NCBI GenBank assembly: GCA_965222265.1
Contig: CBDCTP010000003.1
Span: 3,710,841-3,774,840 of the forward strand
Length of the DNA: 64,000 bases
From: Vicinamibacterales bacterium
GTDB taxonomy: Bacteria; Acidobacteriota; Vicinamibacteria; Vicinamibacterales; UBA8438
Reading direction: 5' to 3'
Positions 1 to 9,303 of the stretch are shown in pieces. Made by a program: the position numbers and the translations under genes. The notes under the pieces were generated by a model that was given only the letters and a program-made list of their open reading frames with translations, was not told the DNA's origin and did not search any database. The stretch's first letter is position 1. Every line of letters starts with the position of its first letter.

Positions 1-1126
1 CGAACGCGCCGATGGCGGCCACGCCCAGCAGTTGCACGCCGACACTGGCGCCCCCGGCGATGCTGACCGCCACGGTGCCCCAGGCGCTGGCGAACAGGTG
101 CGCCGGCACCGCGCCCACGACGTCGTCCACCTTGACCCTCTCCAGCAGCTTGATGCCGGCCGTGCAGAGGATGCCACCGATGGCGCCGATGATGATTGCC
201 CAGTAGTGTCCGACGAGATCCGGCCCGGCGGTGATGGAGACCAGCCCCGCGATGGCGCCGTTGAGGCCGGCCAGCAGGTCGACCCGGCCGAGAATCGGCC
301 GCGAGACGGCGATGGCCGCGATGACGCCGGCCGCACCTGCCAGGTTGGTGTTGACGAGCACATGGCTCATCGCCACGACGTCGGCGGCGCTGGCGAGCGC
401 GAGCTGGGAGCCGCCGTTGAAGCCGAACCAGCCGAACCAGAGGATGAAGACGCCCAGCGTCACGGCCGGCACGTTGGAGGGCGGCGTCGGCAGCACGCTG
501 CCCCCCTTCGGGAACTTGCCGCGCCGCGCGCCGATCACCAGCGCGCCTGCCAGCGCCGCCCAGCCGCCGGTCCCGTGGACGATGGTCGATCCGGCGAAGT
601 CCTGGAACCCCAGCGCGTCGAGCCAGCCGCCGCCCCACGTCCAGGCTCCGACGATGGGGTAGATCACGGCGGTCAGCACCAGCGTGAAGGCGAAGAACGA
701 CCAGAGGTGGACGCGTTCGGCCAGCGTGCCGGAGACGATGGAGGCGGCGGTGGCGACGAAGACCATCTGGAAGAACCAGTCGGACATCGTGGAGTAGCCG
801 CCCGCGATGACCGCGGCCCGTGCCTCCGCGTCGCCCGCCACCAGCGCGATCTCGTCGGCCGACGGACCGTGGAGGAACGAGAACGATCCGGCGAGCCCGC
901 CGACGTCGACGTACATCAGGTTGTAGCCGACGAGGTAGTAGGCCAACCCCGCGATGGCGTAGAGGCCGATGTTCTTGAGGCAGATGACGGAGGCGTTCTT
1001 GGTCCGCACCGAGCCGGCCTCGAGCATCGTGAAGCCGGCGCACATCCACATGACCAGGGCGCCCCACACGAGGAACGAGAACGTGTTCAGGATGAATTGC
1101 AGCTCGTCGGCCGGAAGCTCGCGCAT
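1..1126 (-). CDS. amtB: Ammonium transporter (Amt family); C-terminal end runs off the window
   Basis: The ORF is open at the window edge, so it is absent from the supplied track. The reverse complement from ATG at 1126 reads MRELPADELQFILNTFSFLVWGALVMWMCAGFTMLEAGSVRTKN... and later ...FAGSTIVHGTGGWAALAGALVIG... These are conserved Amt/MEP motifs within a series of hydrophobic helices. The + ORF 32..1213 is its Arg/Gly-rich shadow. Confidence 0.85.
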   Translation of the reverse strand, partial: MRELPADELQFILNTFSFLVWGALVMWMCAGFTMLEAGSVRTKNASVICLKNIGLYAIAGLAYYLVGYNLMYVDVGGLAGSFSFLHGPSADEIALVAGDAEARAAVIAGGYSTMSDWFFQMVFVATAASIVSGTLAERVHLWSFFAFTLVLTAVIYPIVGAWTWGGGWLDALGFQDFAGSTIVHGTGGWAALAGALVIGARRGKFPKGGSVLPTPPSNVPAVTLGVFILWFGWFGFNGGSQLALASAADVVAMSHVLVNTNLAGAAGVIAAIAVSRPILGRVDLLAGLNGAIAGLVSITAGPDLVGHYWAIIIGAIGGILCTAGIKLLERVKVDDVVGAVPAHLFASAWGTVAVSIAGGASVGVQLLGVAAIGAF

Positions 1127-1201
1127 CGTGTCGCTCCTCTCCTGGCGTTTCGCAGTCGCGGTCGACGGCGAAGGCTGCCGGCCTGTGTCGCGATCATGGC
1201 A

Positions 1202-2176
1202 TCAGCGCGGTAGGGCGTCGTCGACGTCGTACCGTACATGGGCCTCCATGACGAGGTCGTGCAGCGTGCGGCACCGCGCCTGCATCCGGCGGAGACGATC
1301 CTCGCGCTCGTCGAGGCTGGCGGCCACGGGCCACGGCCGGCGGGCGGTGGCGCCTAGTTCGGCAACCAGCTCCCGGGCCGCGCCGACCGGGCTCGGACGC
1401 CGGGCGATGCCGCCGAGCCTGGCGGCTGCCATTTCGAGCGAGCGGGACAGCGAGCGGGACAGCAGCGGATCGTCGACGAGCAGATCCAGCACCCGCTGCG
1501 GACGCAGCTCGATGCCGAAGCAGCGGCGGTACGCGTCGAAGGCCTCGCAGATGCGCAGCAGGCCCGCCCACTCCTCCTCGGCCGGATCGTTCCGCGTCCT
1601 GACCGCCTCCAACTGCGCAAGCAGCAGCACGATGGTCGACTGGGCCCGCTCGATGACGCGGCCCAGCTGCAGAAAGCGCCAGCCGTCGTCGCGGTACATT
1701 GTCGCGTCCATCACGCCCAGGAAGGTGCCCATGTCCTGGGCGACCTCCGCGTAGAAGCTCTCCGGGGCGGCCTTCCAGATGTCCTGGATGCGACGCTCCC
1801 GGAGGCGGAGCCAGGCCAGGTTCAGGCACGTCCACATCTCGCCGCTGATGCAGTGGCGCGTCTGGCGCGCGTTCTCGCGGCCATTCGAGAAGCAGTTCCT
1901 GACGGAGTCCGGGTTCGTGCGTTCGAAGGTGAGGTCGTCGGCCAGCGTGAACGAATCGGCCAGCGCGAAGTCGTCGTCGGCGCCCGCGAATCCGACGGCC
2001 GGACTGGGCGGCTGTCTGCCCACCGCGGCGTAGATCCGGCGCCATCCCAGGTTGATCTCACGGACCGGCCGGTCGACCAGCACCTCCATCTGCACGCGCA
2101 GCAGGCGGCAGACGTGCCCGGTCCGCTCGATGTAGCGCCCCAGCCAGTAGAGGCTCTCCGCACCGCGTGCCAGCAT
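1202..2176 (-). CDS. Alpha-E domain protein (DUF403-type)
   Basis: 324-aa ORF. The N-terminus MLARGAESLYWLGRYIERTGHVCRLLRV is the hallmark of the alpha-E family. Only 1 nt separates it from the upstream ATP-grasp gene, the usual operon partner. Confidence 0.8.
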   Translation of the reverse strand: MLARGAESLYWLGRYIERTGHVCRLLRVQMEVLVDRPVREINLGWRRIYAAVGRQPPSPAVGFAGADDDFALADSFTLADDLTFERTNPDSVRNCFSNGRENARQTRHCISGEMWTCLNLAWLRLRERRIQDIWKAAPESFYAEVAQDMGTFLGVMDATMYRDDGWRFLQLGRVIERAQSTIVLLLAQLEAVRTRNDPAEEEWAGLLRICEAFDAYRRCFGIELRPQRVLDLLVDDPLLSRSLSRSLEMAAARLGGIARRPSPVGAARELVAELGATARRPWPVAASLDEREDRLRRMQARCRTLHDLVMEAHVRYDVDDALPR

Positions 2177-2177
2177 G

Positions 2178-3611
2178 TCAGTCCTGCAGGACCCACACGT
2201 CCTTGCCGCCGCCGCCCTGGCTGGAGTTCACCACGATGCTGCCGCGCCGCAGCGCGACGCGGCAGAACGCGCCGGGCACGATGCGGGTCTCGCGGCCGGT
2301 GAGCACGAAGGGACGCAGGTCGACGTGCCGCGGCTCGGGCCGACCAGCGACGAGACAGGGCGCGCGCGAGAGCTGGAGCACCGGCTGCGAGATGAAGCCG
2401 GCCGGGTTGGCGCGCATTTCCTTCGCGTAGGCCTCGCGCTCCGCCGGGGTGGCGTGGGGCCCCACCAGCATGCCGTAGCCGCCGGACTCGCCGACGCGCT
2501 TCACGATGAGATCCTCGAGATTGTCGAGCGTGTACTCGAGCTCCGCGGAACGCCGGCAGACATGGGTCGGAACGCTGGCCAAAATGGGCTCCTCGTGCAG
2601 GTAGTAGCGGATTAGATCCGGCACGTAGGAGTACACGCTCTTGTCGTCGGCGACGCCCGTTCCCGGCGCGTTCGCGAGCGACACGTTGCCGAGCCGGTAC
2701 GCTTGCAGCAGCCCGGGCGCCCCGAGCAGCGAGTCCGGACGGAACGCGAGCGGGTCGAGGAAGTCGTCGTCCACGCGGCGGTAGATCACGTCCACCTGCC
2801 TGAGCCCCTCGGTCGTGCGCATGTAGACGAGCCCGTCGCGGGTCAGCAGGTCGCGGCCCTCCACCAGCTCCGCGCCGATCTCGCGGGCCAGGAACACGTG
2901 CTCGTAGAAGGCCGAGTTCCAGACGCCGGGGGTCAGCAGCGCGATGCACGGGTCGGGTCGGTCCGGCGGCGCGATTTCCCGCAGCGTTGCGAGCAGCAGG
3001 TTCCCGTAGTGTTCCACCTCGCGCACCCGGCAGCGGCGGTACAGGCGCCGCATGCTCGACTTGACCGCCTTGCGGTTGGCGATCATGTAGGACACCCCGG
3101 AAGGCACCCGCAGGTTGTCCTCGAGCACGAGGAAACCGTCGTTCGTGCGCACGACGTCGGTGCCGCAGACGGCCACCCAGGTGCCGTGAGGCGGGGAGAA
3201 GCCGCGCATCTCCGCGCGGTACTGGGGGCAGTCGTGGACCATTTCCTCCGGAATGACGCCGTCGGCGATGACGCGGCCGTCGCCGTAGACGTCGGCCAGG
3301 AAGAGATTCAGGGTGCGGACGCGTTGGGCGAGGCCCGCTTCGAGCTGCCGCCACTCGGCGTCCGGCAGGGTGCGCGGCAGGCAGTCGATGGGGATGATGC
3401 GCTCGTCCGCCTCGTCGTCGCCGTACACCGTGAAGGTGATCCCCTCGTTCAGGAACGAGCGGGTGACCCGCTCCTGAATCTCCCCGACTTCCGCGCTCGA
3501 CAGCTCGTTCAGCGCCTCGTGGATGCGCGCGCCGTGGGCCCGCGGGACCCCATCCGACTGGAACATCTCGTCGTAGATGGCGGGGTCGATCTCGTACTTG
3601 CTGAAGTCCAT
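2178..3611 (-). CDS. Circularly permuted type-2 ATP-grasp protein (DUF404/DUF407-type)
   Basis: Track ORF 2178..3785. I place the start at ATG 3611 (MDFSKYEIDPAIYDEMFQSDG...) because the upstream extension is Arg/Pro-rich. The body (...FLVLEDNLRVPSGVSYMIANR...GESGGYGMLVGP...) is typical of this family and pairs with the alpha-E gene. Confidence 0.8.
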   Translation of the reverse strand: MDFSKYEIDPAIYDEMFQSDGVPRAHGARIHEALNELSSAEVGEIQERVTRSFLNEGITFTVYGDDEADERIIPIDCLPRTLPDAEWRQLEAGLAQRVRTLNLFLADVYGDGRVIADGVIPEEMVHDCPQYRAEMRGFSPPHGTWVAVCGTDVVRTNDGFLVLEDNLRVPSGVSYMIANRKAVKSSMRRLYRRCRVREVEHYGNLLLATLREIAPPDRPDPCIALLTPGVWNSAFYEHVFLAREIGAELVEGRDLLTRDGLVYMRTTEGLRQVDVIYRRVDDDFLDPLAFRPDSLLGAPGLLQAYRLGNVSLANAPGTGVADDKSVYSYVPDLIRYYLHEEPILASVPTHVCRRSAELEYTLDNLEDLIVKRVGESGGYGMLVGPHATPAEREAYAKEMRANPAGFISQPVLQLSRAPCLVAGRPEPRHVDLRPFVLTGRETRIVPGAFCRVALRRGSIVVNSSQGGGGKDVWVLQD

Positions 3612-3771
3612 GCGGGCCTCGGCTGCCCAATGGCGGGATCTGGTGCGATTGTATACCCCGCCGGGTACGAACGCGGTCGGCGGCCTCCCCTCAGGCGCCC
3701 GCCGGCACGGCGCCCGGCTCGCATCGGTGTCGATCGATGCTTCTCGCGTCCCATGTTGATAGGATGACCAC

Positions 3772-5508
3772 GTGGAGCGCTTCATGAGACACCCGCTGAT
3801 CGCGTCGCTCGCGTTGCCGGCCCTCGGCGCGGCCCTCGTCGCGGTGGCCGTTCCGCCGGCCGGGGCCCAGTCGCCGGGCGCGTACCCGCCGGTGACGGAC
3901 GAGCGCCTGGCGAGCCCGGAGCCGGGGGACTGGCTGATGTACCGCCGGACCTACGACGGCTGGGGCTACAGCCCGCTCGACGAGGTCACGGCCGCCAACG
4001 TGGCGCGCCTGGCGCCGGTCTGGTCGCTTTCGACCGGCTTGCGGCCGGGCCACGAGTCGCCGCCGCTGGTGAACGGGCGCTTCATGTTCGTGACCACGCC
4101 ACGCAACAACGTCCTCGCGCTGGACGCGCGGACGGGCGAGCTCCTGTGGCGCTACGTCCGCCGGCTGCCCGGGGGACTCACGCACGGCCACCCCACCAAC
4201 CGCGGGGCCGCGCTCTTCGAGGACAAGGTGTACCTGGCGACGGTCGACGCGCACGTGGTGGCGCTCGACGCGACCACCGGTGAGGTCGTCTGGGAGCAGC
4301 CCGTCGAGGACTATCGCAGCGGGTACTACATGACGATGGCGCCGCTGGTGGTCAACGGCAAGGTCATGGTCGGGGTCTCGGGCGGTGAGCGGGGCATCCG
4401 CGGCTTCGTGGCGGCTCTCGATGCGCGCAGCGGGACCGAGGTGTGGAAGGCGTACTCCATTCCGACGCCCGATCAGCCGGGCGGCGACAGCTGGCCGGGC
4501 GACTCGTGGCGTACCGGCGGCGCGCCGGTCTGGGTCACCGGCACGTTCGACCCGGAGCTCAACCTCACCTACTGGGGCACGGGGAACCCGGGCCCCTGGA
4601 TGGGCGACCAGCGCCCCGGGGACAACCTCTACACGAACTCCGTCATGGCCGTGGATGCCGATACGGGCGAGCTGCGGGGATACCATCAGTACCACTGGAA
4701 CGGGTCGTGGGACTGGGACGAGGTCGACGCCCCGCTGCTCGTCGACATCGAACGCGGGGGACGGACGATCGACGCCCTGGTGCACCCGGGACGCAACGGC
4801 TACCTGTGGCTGCTCGGCCGCGGCGCGGACGGCATCTCCTTCATCGCTGCCGAGCCGTTCGTACGCCAGAACGTGTTCACGCGCCTCGATCCCCGGACCG
4901 GCCGCCCCGAGTACGATCCGCATCACCGTCCGGGCACCGGGGTGCGCGCGTCGTTCTGTCCGTCGCTGTGGGGCGGCAAGAACTGGCCGCCCGCGGCCTA
5001 CAACCCGCTGACGCGGTATCTCTACGTTCCCGCCAACGAGAACCTCTGCTCGTACATCGAGGGGCGCGAGGCGGAGTACGAGCCGGGCGAGCGGTTCATC
5101 GGCGCCTCGTCGCAGACGTTCGCCCACGAGGACGCCGATCACTTCGGCGAGCTGCAGGCCTGGGATCTCGACGCGGGCGAGAAGGTGTGGACCCGCGAGT
5201 TCGAATCGCCCAACTGGGGGCCGGTGCTGACCACGGCCGGCGGTCTGGTGTTCGCGGGCGGCACGAACGACCGCTACTTTCGCGCGTTCGACGCCCGCTC
5301 GGGCGAAATCCTGTGGCAGCAGCGCACGAGCTCGGGCATCATCGGCGTGCCGGTGTCGTACATGATCGACGGCGTGCAGCACATCGCGGTCCAGTCGGGG
5401 TGGGGAATCGATGCGCAGCGGATGCAGGGAGCGATCGACCGCAGCCTCGGGCAGACCACGCACGTGCCGCAGGGCGGCGTACTGTGGGTGTTCGCGCTGA
5501 GAGACTGA
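3772..5508 (+). CDS. PQQ-dependent dehydrogenase, methanol/ethanol family (8-bladed propeller), secreted
   Basis: 578 aa with a signal peptide (ALPALGAALVAVAVPPAGAQ). Family motifs include DWLMYRRTYDGWGYSPL, GGERGIRG, WGTGNPGPW and WDWDEVD (Asp314/Asp316 at nt 4711-4719). ATG 3784 is an alternative start. Confidence 0.9.
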   Translation: MERFMRHPLIASLALPALGAALVAVAVPPAGAQSPGAYPPVTDERLASPEPGDWLMYRRTYDGWGYSPLDEVTAANVARLAPVWSLSTGLRPGHESPPLVNGRFMFVTTPRNNVLALDARTGELLWRYVRRLPGGLTHGHPTNRGAALFEDKVYLATVDAHVVALDATTGEVVWEQPVEDYRSGYYMTMAPLVVNGKVMVGVSGGERGIRGFVAALDARSGTEVWKAYSIPTPDQPGGDSWPGDSWRTGGAPVWVTGTFDPELNLTYWGTGNPGPWMGDQRPGDNLYTNSVMAVDADTGELRGYHQYHWNGSWDWDEVDAPLLVDIERGGRTIDALVHPGRNGYLWLLGRGADGISFIAAEPFVRQNVFTRLDPRTGRPEYDPHHRPGTGVRASFCPSLWGGKNWPPAAYNPLTRYLYVPANENLCSYIEGREAEYEPGERFIGASSQTFAHEDADHFGELQAWDLDAGEKVWTREFESPNWGPVLTTAGGLVFAGGTNDRYFRAFDARSGEILWQQRTSSGIIGVPVSYMIDGVQHIAVQSGWGIDAQRMQGAIDRSLGQTTHVPQGGVLWVFALRD

Positions 5509-5569
5509 CCGGCGCGGGCCCCGGTGAGAAGCTTGTTCGGATCAGGAGCCGGATCAGGAGGAGGTAGCG

Positions 5570-6586
5570 ATGAGAAGGGGTTTCTTTGGTGTGTTGTACG
5601 TTCTGACGCTGGCAGCCGTCGTGGGGCTGCCCGGCATGGCGGAGGCCCAGGCGCCCGCGGAAGGCTGGACGGCGCCCCGCACGGCCCACGGCCATCCCGA
5701 TCTGCAGGGGGTGTGGGCCAACAACAGCGCCACGCCGTTGCAGCGGCCGACGGCCCTGACGGACCGCGAGTTTCTCACCGACGAGGAGGTGGCCAGCCTG
5801 AAGTCCCGCGCGGACGAGCTGTTCGCGCTCGACGCCGACGACGCGGCCTTCGGCGACAGCGTGTTCGCGGCGGCGCTGGCGGCGGCCGAGGACTTCTCGT
5901 CGGCCGACACGCAGACCGGCAACTACAACCAGTTCTGGATGGTCGAGCGCAACTGGGACAACCGCACGTCGCTCATCGTCGATCCGCCGAACGGGCGCCT
6001 GCCGCAGCGCACGGCGGCAGCCGAGGCGCGGCTGGAGGCGTACAACGCGGGCCGGCAGCGGCACGCCCACTGGACCGACGACCGGAGCCTCGGCGAGCGC
6101 TGCATCACGTTCGGCGCGCCGCGGCTCGGCGCGGGCTACAACTCGTACTATCAGGTCTTCCAGACGGCCGACCACGTGGTCCTGCTGATGGAGATGGCGC
6201 ACGACGCCCGCATCATCCCGCTGGCCGATCGTCCGCCGCTCGACGAGGACATCCGGCTCTGGCACGGCGACTCGCGGGGCCACTGGGACGGCGACACGTT
6301 GGTCGTCCAGACGGCCAACTACTCCCCGAAGAACTACTTCATGGGCGCCCAGGACAACCTGCGCATCGAGGAGCGCTTCACGCGCGTGGCGCCGGACGTG
6401 CTGGAGTACGAGGTCCGGGTGGATGACCCGACGACCTGGACCGACCCCTGGACGGCGGTCATCCGGATGAACCGGAGCGAGGACGCCCTCTACGAGTATG
6501 CCTGTCACGAAGGCAACATCGGCATGGAGGGGATCCTGTCCGGGGCGCGCGTGCTCGAGCGGGCGGAGGCGGAAGGCGAGCGCTAG
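5570..6586 (+). CDS. Secreted hypothetical protein, co-oriented 61 nt downstream of the PQQ dehydrogenase
   Basis: 338 aa with normal coding composition. AGGAGGAGG Shine-Dalgarno before the ATG and a signal peptide (VLTLAAVVGLPGMAEAQA). I recognise no family; the conserved-looking motif is HGHPDLQGVWANN. Confidence 0.7.
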   Translation: MRRGFFGVLYVLTLAAVVGLPGMAEAQAPAEGWTAPRTAHGHPDLQGVWANNSATPLQRPTALTDREFLTDEEVASLKSRADELFALDADDAAFGDSVFAAALAAAEDFSSADTQTGNYNQFWMVERNWDNRTSLIVDPPNGRLPQRTAAAEARLEAYNAGRQRHAHWTDDRSLGERCITFGAPRLGAGYNSYYQVFQTADHVVLLMEMAHDARIIPLADRPPLDEDIRLWHGDSRGHWDGDTLVVQTANYSPKNYFMGAQDNLRIEERFTRVAPDVLEYEVRVDDPTTWTDPWTAVIRMNRSEDALYEYACHEGNIGMEGILSGARVLERAEAEGER

Positions 6587-6600
6587 CCTCGTGAATCCGC

Positions 6601-6634
6601 GGCCGCGGCTCCGCCGGGCGGCGGAGCCGCGGCC
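6601..6634. terminator. Perfect 15-bp GC hairpin between convergent genes (candidate bidirectional terminator, no U-tract)
   Basis: GGCCGCGGCTCCGCC (6601-6615), loop GGGC, GGCGGAGCCGCGGCC (6620-6634). It lies 15 nt after the stop of 5570..6586 and upstream of the stop of the minus-strand kinase gene. Confidence 0.4.
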
Positions 6635-6745
6635 ACCGTGGGTCCCACCGTTGGAAGCTGGAGGCTGACGCGAGGTCGGCCCTGTCGGCAGCAGTGGCGG
6701 TCGGCGAGACCGCTTCGGCTCTCGCCGGTTCGACGCGGAGGGGCG

Positions 6746-9091
6746 TCACAGGTCGCCCGGTCCGGGCATGCGGTAGCCGACGCCGCGCTCGTTGAGGATG
6801 TACCTCGGCCTGGTCGCATCGTCGCCCAGCTTGCGGCGGAGCCGCTTCACGACGGCGTGGACCTGCTTCGGGTCGTCGCGGCCCCGATCCCGTCCGCCCC
6901 ACGCCTGGCGCTGCAACGAGTGGTACGTCACCACCCGTCCCGCGTTGACCGAGAGCACGCGGAGCAGTTCGAACTCGGTGGCCGTCAGTTCCACGAGCCG
7001 TTCCCCCACGGTGATACGGCGCTGCTCGTAGTGGATGGCCAGGTCCCCGAGCTGGAAAGGGGCAGGCTCGGCCAACCGGCGCAGTGCCGCCCGCACTCGC
7101 GCCGTCAGCTCGGACGGCGAGAAGGGCTTGACGATGTAGTCGGCGGCTCCCGCATCCAGCGTTCTGACGACCGACTCGTCGCCGCCGTAGGCGGAGATGA
7201 AGATGACCGGCAGGTCCTCCAGTTCGGGGGTGCGCTCCATCAACTCGATGCCGCTGGTCCCGGGCAGAAACAGGTCCAGCAGGACCAACCCGGGCTTGTG
7301 CTTTCTGACGAGGCCGGGCAGTTCCTCCGGGTCACCCGTCACTATCGGGGCGTAGCCCGCCTCGCTGAGCGCATCCCGAACGTACCGCAGCATCTGCGGG
7401 TCGTCGTCGACGACCAGGATGCGCGTCCGCTCCTGCCCCCTCCGAGACGGGCGCGGCCGGCCCGGTGACCGGCCGCCTGCGCCGCCGCCGGCCTCTTCGG
7501 CGACCGGCACCGTGAAGGTGAACCGCGTGCCGCGGCCCACCCCCCCGCTCTCGGCCCTGATGCGGCCCCCATGCGCCTCGACCAGCCCCTTGCAGATGGC
7601 CAAGCCCAGGCCGTACCGCCCGAGCCCGGGCTCCCGCTCGCCGCCGGCCGCGCCGACGTGCCTGCGGAACAGGTGCGGCAACTGCTCCGGCGGCACGCCC
7701 CGGCCTTCGTCGGAAACAGAGATCGCCACATGCTCACCGCCCCGCTCCGCGGCGACGCGGATGGGGGACGACTCCGAGGAATGCCTCGCCGCGTTCGAGA
7801 AGAGGTTGCCGAGGACCTGGACGATGCGCGCCGGGTCGGCCATCACTCGCGGCAGGTTGTCCGGCAGGTCGATGCGCAAGGCGTGCCTGCCGCCGCCGCC
7901 CAGGAACGTGTTCCAGGCCTGGTCCACCAGGCCGGCCACGTCCGCCGGCTCGGGAGCGACCGCCAGCGTGCCGGTCTCGATGCGTCCCTGGTCCAGAAGG
8001 TCGCCGATCAGGCTGCGCATGTGGTCGGCCTGCTCGTCGATGACTCGGAAGAACTGCAGCATCTCGGCTGGGTCCGGGGGCCGTGAGGCGCCCAGCACAG
8101 TGGCAGTCGAGCCCTTGATCGAGCTCAGCGGCGTTCGCAGTTCGTGGCTCACCATGCCCAGGAATTCGGTCCGCAGTTGCTCGATCTCCTCCAGCGGCGC
8201 CAGATCCTGCAGCGTGACCACGACCGATTCGACCGCGCCGGTCCCCGCACGGATAGGCGTCGAGTTGACCAGCATGGTGACGCTCCGGCCGTCGGGAACC
8301 GATAGTGTCATCTCCTCCGCACGCACCGTTTCGCCGTTACTGAATTGCTGCGCCAGAGGGAAATCCCCCAAGGCAATCTCGCGCCCGTCTCCGCGCCGGC
8401 ATGTGACCAGGTCCAGCAGTTGCTCCGGGGAGCGGCCCGGCGTCTGCAGGGCCTCGACAAGCCGCAGCGCTTCCCGGTTGAACGACACGGGCCTGCCGCC
8501 GCCGTCGAAGACCACGACGCCAACCGGCGACGTCTCGATCAAGGCCTCCAGGTCGGCCCGCGCCAGCCGCTCGTGGCGGTGGATCCGCGCGTTGGCGATA
8601 GCCGTCGCCGCCTGCGATGCGAAGAGCACGAGAATTTCCTCGTCGGCGCTGGTGAATTCCCGACCACCTTCCTTCTCGGCCAGAAAGAAGGTGCCGACGT
8701 GCGCGTCGCGGTGCCGCATCGGCGTCCCCTGGAAGGTCTTCGATCGCATCAGGTCCGACGAGAAGCCGAGCGACCGGACATAGGCGGGCAGGTCTCCCAG
8801 CCGCAGCGGCGCGGCCAGGTCGCGAAAGTGCTCGAAGAGCCGCGGCCCGTCAGACCAGGCGGCCATCTGCTGCTTCTCCTTCGGCGTGAAGCCGGAGGTG
8901 ACGAACCCCTCGATGTGCCCGGCGTCGTCGACGGTCACGATCACGCCATAGCGGGCGCCGGTCAGGCCGCGGGCGCTGTCGACGACCTCCTGCAGCACGG
9001 TGTCGGGGTCGAGGCTCGAGCTGATGCGCAGGAGGGCCGCAATCAGCCTGGAGACGCGCTCCTGGAGCGCCGCGTCGGGATTGTCCTGCAT
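6746..9091 (-). CDS. Fused sensor histidine kinase / OmpR-type response regulator (GAF-PAS-HisKA-HATPase-REC-winged helix), no TM segment
   Basis: 781 aa with, in order: a GAF-like N-terminus; a PAS-like region (LIETSPVGVVVFDGGGRPVSFN); the H-box FLGMVSHELRTPLSSIKG; an ATPase region (VLGNLFSNAARHS...DEGRGV...GLGLAICKGLVEAHGG); a Gly/Pro linker; a receiver (RILVVDDDPQM...LVLLDLFLPGTSG...DYIVKPF); and a C-terminal wHTH (LTATEFELLRVL...VKRLRRKLGD...ILNERGVGYRM). Confidence 0.9.
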   Translation of the reverse strand: MQDNPDAALQERVSRLIAALLRISSSLDPDTVLQEVVDSARGLTGARYGVIVTVDDAGHIEGFVTSGFTPKEKQQMAAWSDGPRLFEHFRDLAAPLRLGDLPAYVRSLGFSSDLMRSKTFQGTPMRHRDAHVGTFFLAEKEGGREFTSADEEILVLFASQAATAIANARIHRHERLARADLEALIETSPVGVVVFDGGGRPVSFNREALRLVEALQTPGRSPEQLLDLVTCRRGDGREIALGDFPLAQQFSNGETVRAEEMTLSVPDGRSVTMLVNSTPIRAGTGAVESVVVTLQDLAPLEEIEQLRTEFLGMVSHELRTPLSSIKGSTATVLGASRPPDPAEMLQFFRVIDEQADHMRSLIGDLLDQGRIETGTLAVAPEPADVAGLVDQAWNTFLGGGGRHALRIDLPDNLPRVMADPARIVQVLGNLFSNAARHSSESSPIRVAAERGGEHVAISVSDEGRGVPPEQLPHLFRRHVGAAGGEREPGLGRYGLGLAICKGLVEAHGGRIRAESGGVGRGTRFTFTVPVAEEAGGGAGGRSPGRPRPSRRGQERTRILVVDDDPQMLRYVRDALSEAGYAPIVTGDPEELPGLVRKHKPGLVLLDLFLPGTSGIELMERTPELEDLPVIFISAYGGDESVVRTLDAGAADYIVKPFSPSELTARVRAALRRLAEPAPFQLGDLAIHYEQRRITVGERLVELTATEFELLRVLSVNAGRVVTYHSLQRQAWGGRDRGRDDPKQVHAVVKRLRRKLGDDATRPRYILNERGVGYRMPGPGDL

Positions 9092-9303
9092 CGGCTCATC
9101 CTGGTCGGGCTTGGCGTGTCCCGTGCGGTGAGGCTAGACGCACGGACGACAGATCTTGATAAAATCGTCAAATAACTACCAAGTAATTCATTATTATCGC
9201 TCAATAATCAGAAATAATCAGCAACAATTCAATGCTGGCCGCGCGCGCCGCCGGAGAACGAGACAGCCGTTTGCCAGATGTTCGCCTAAAGGGAGCAATT
9301 GAT

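Noticed and set aside
32-1213. 393-aa plus-strand ORF at the left edge
   Set aside because: Arg/Gly/Asp-rich low-complexity translation. The opposite strand encodes a clear Amt transporter over the same span.
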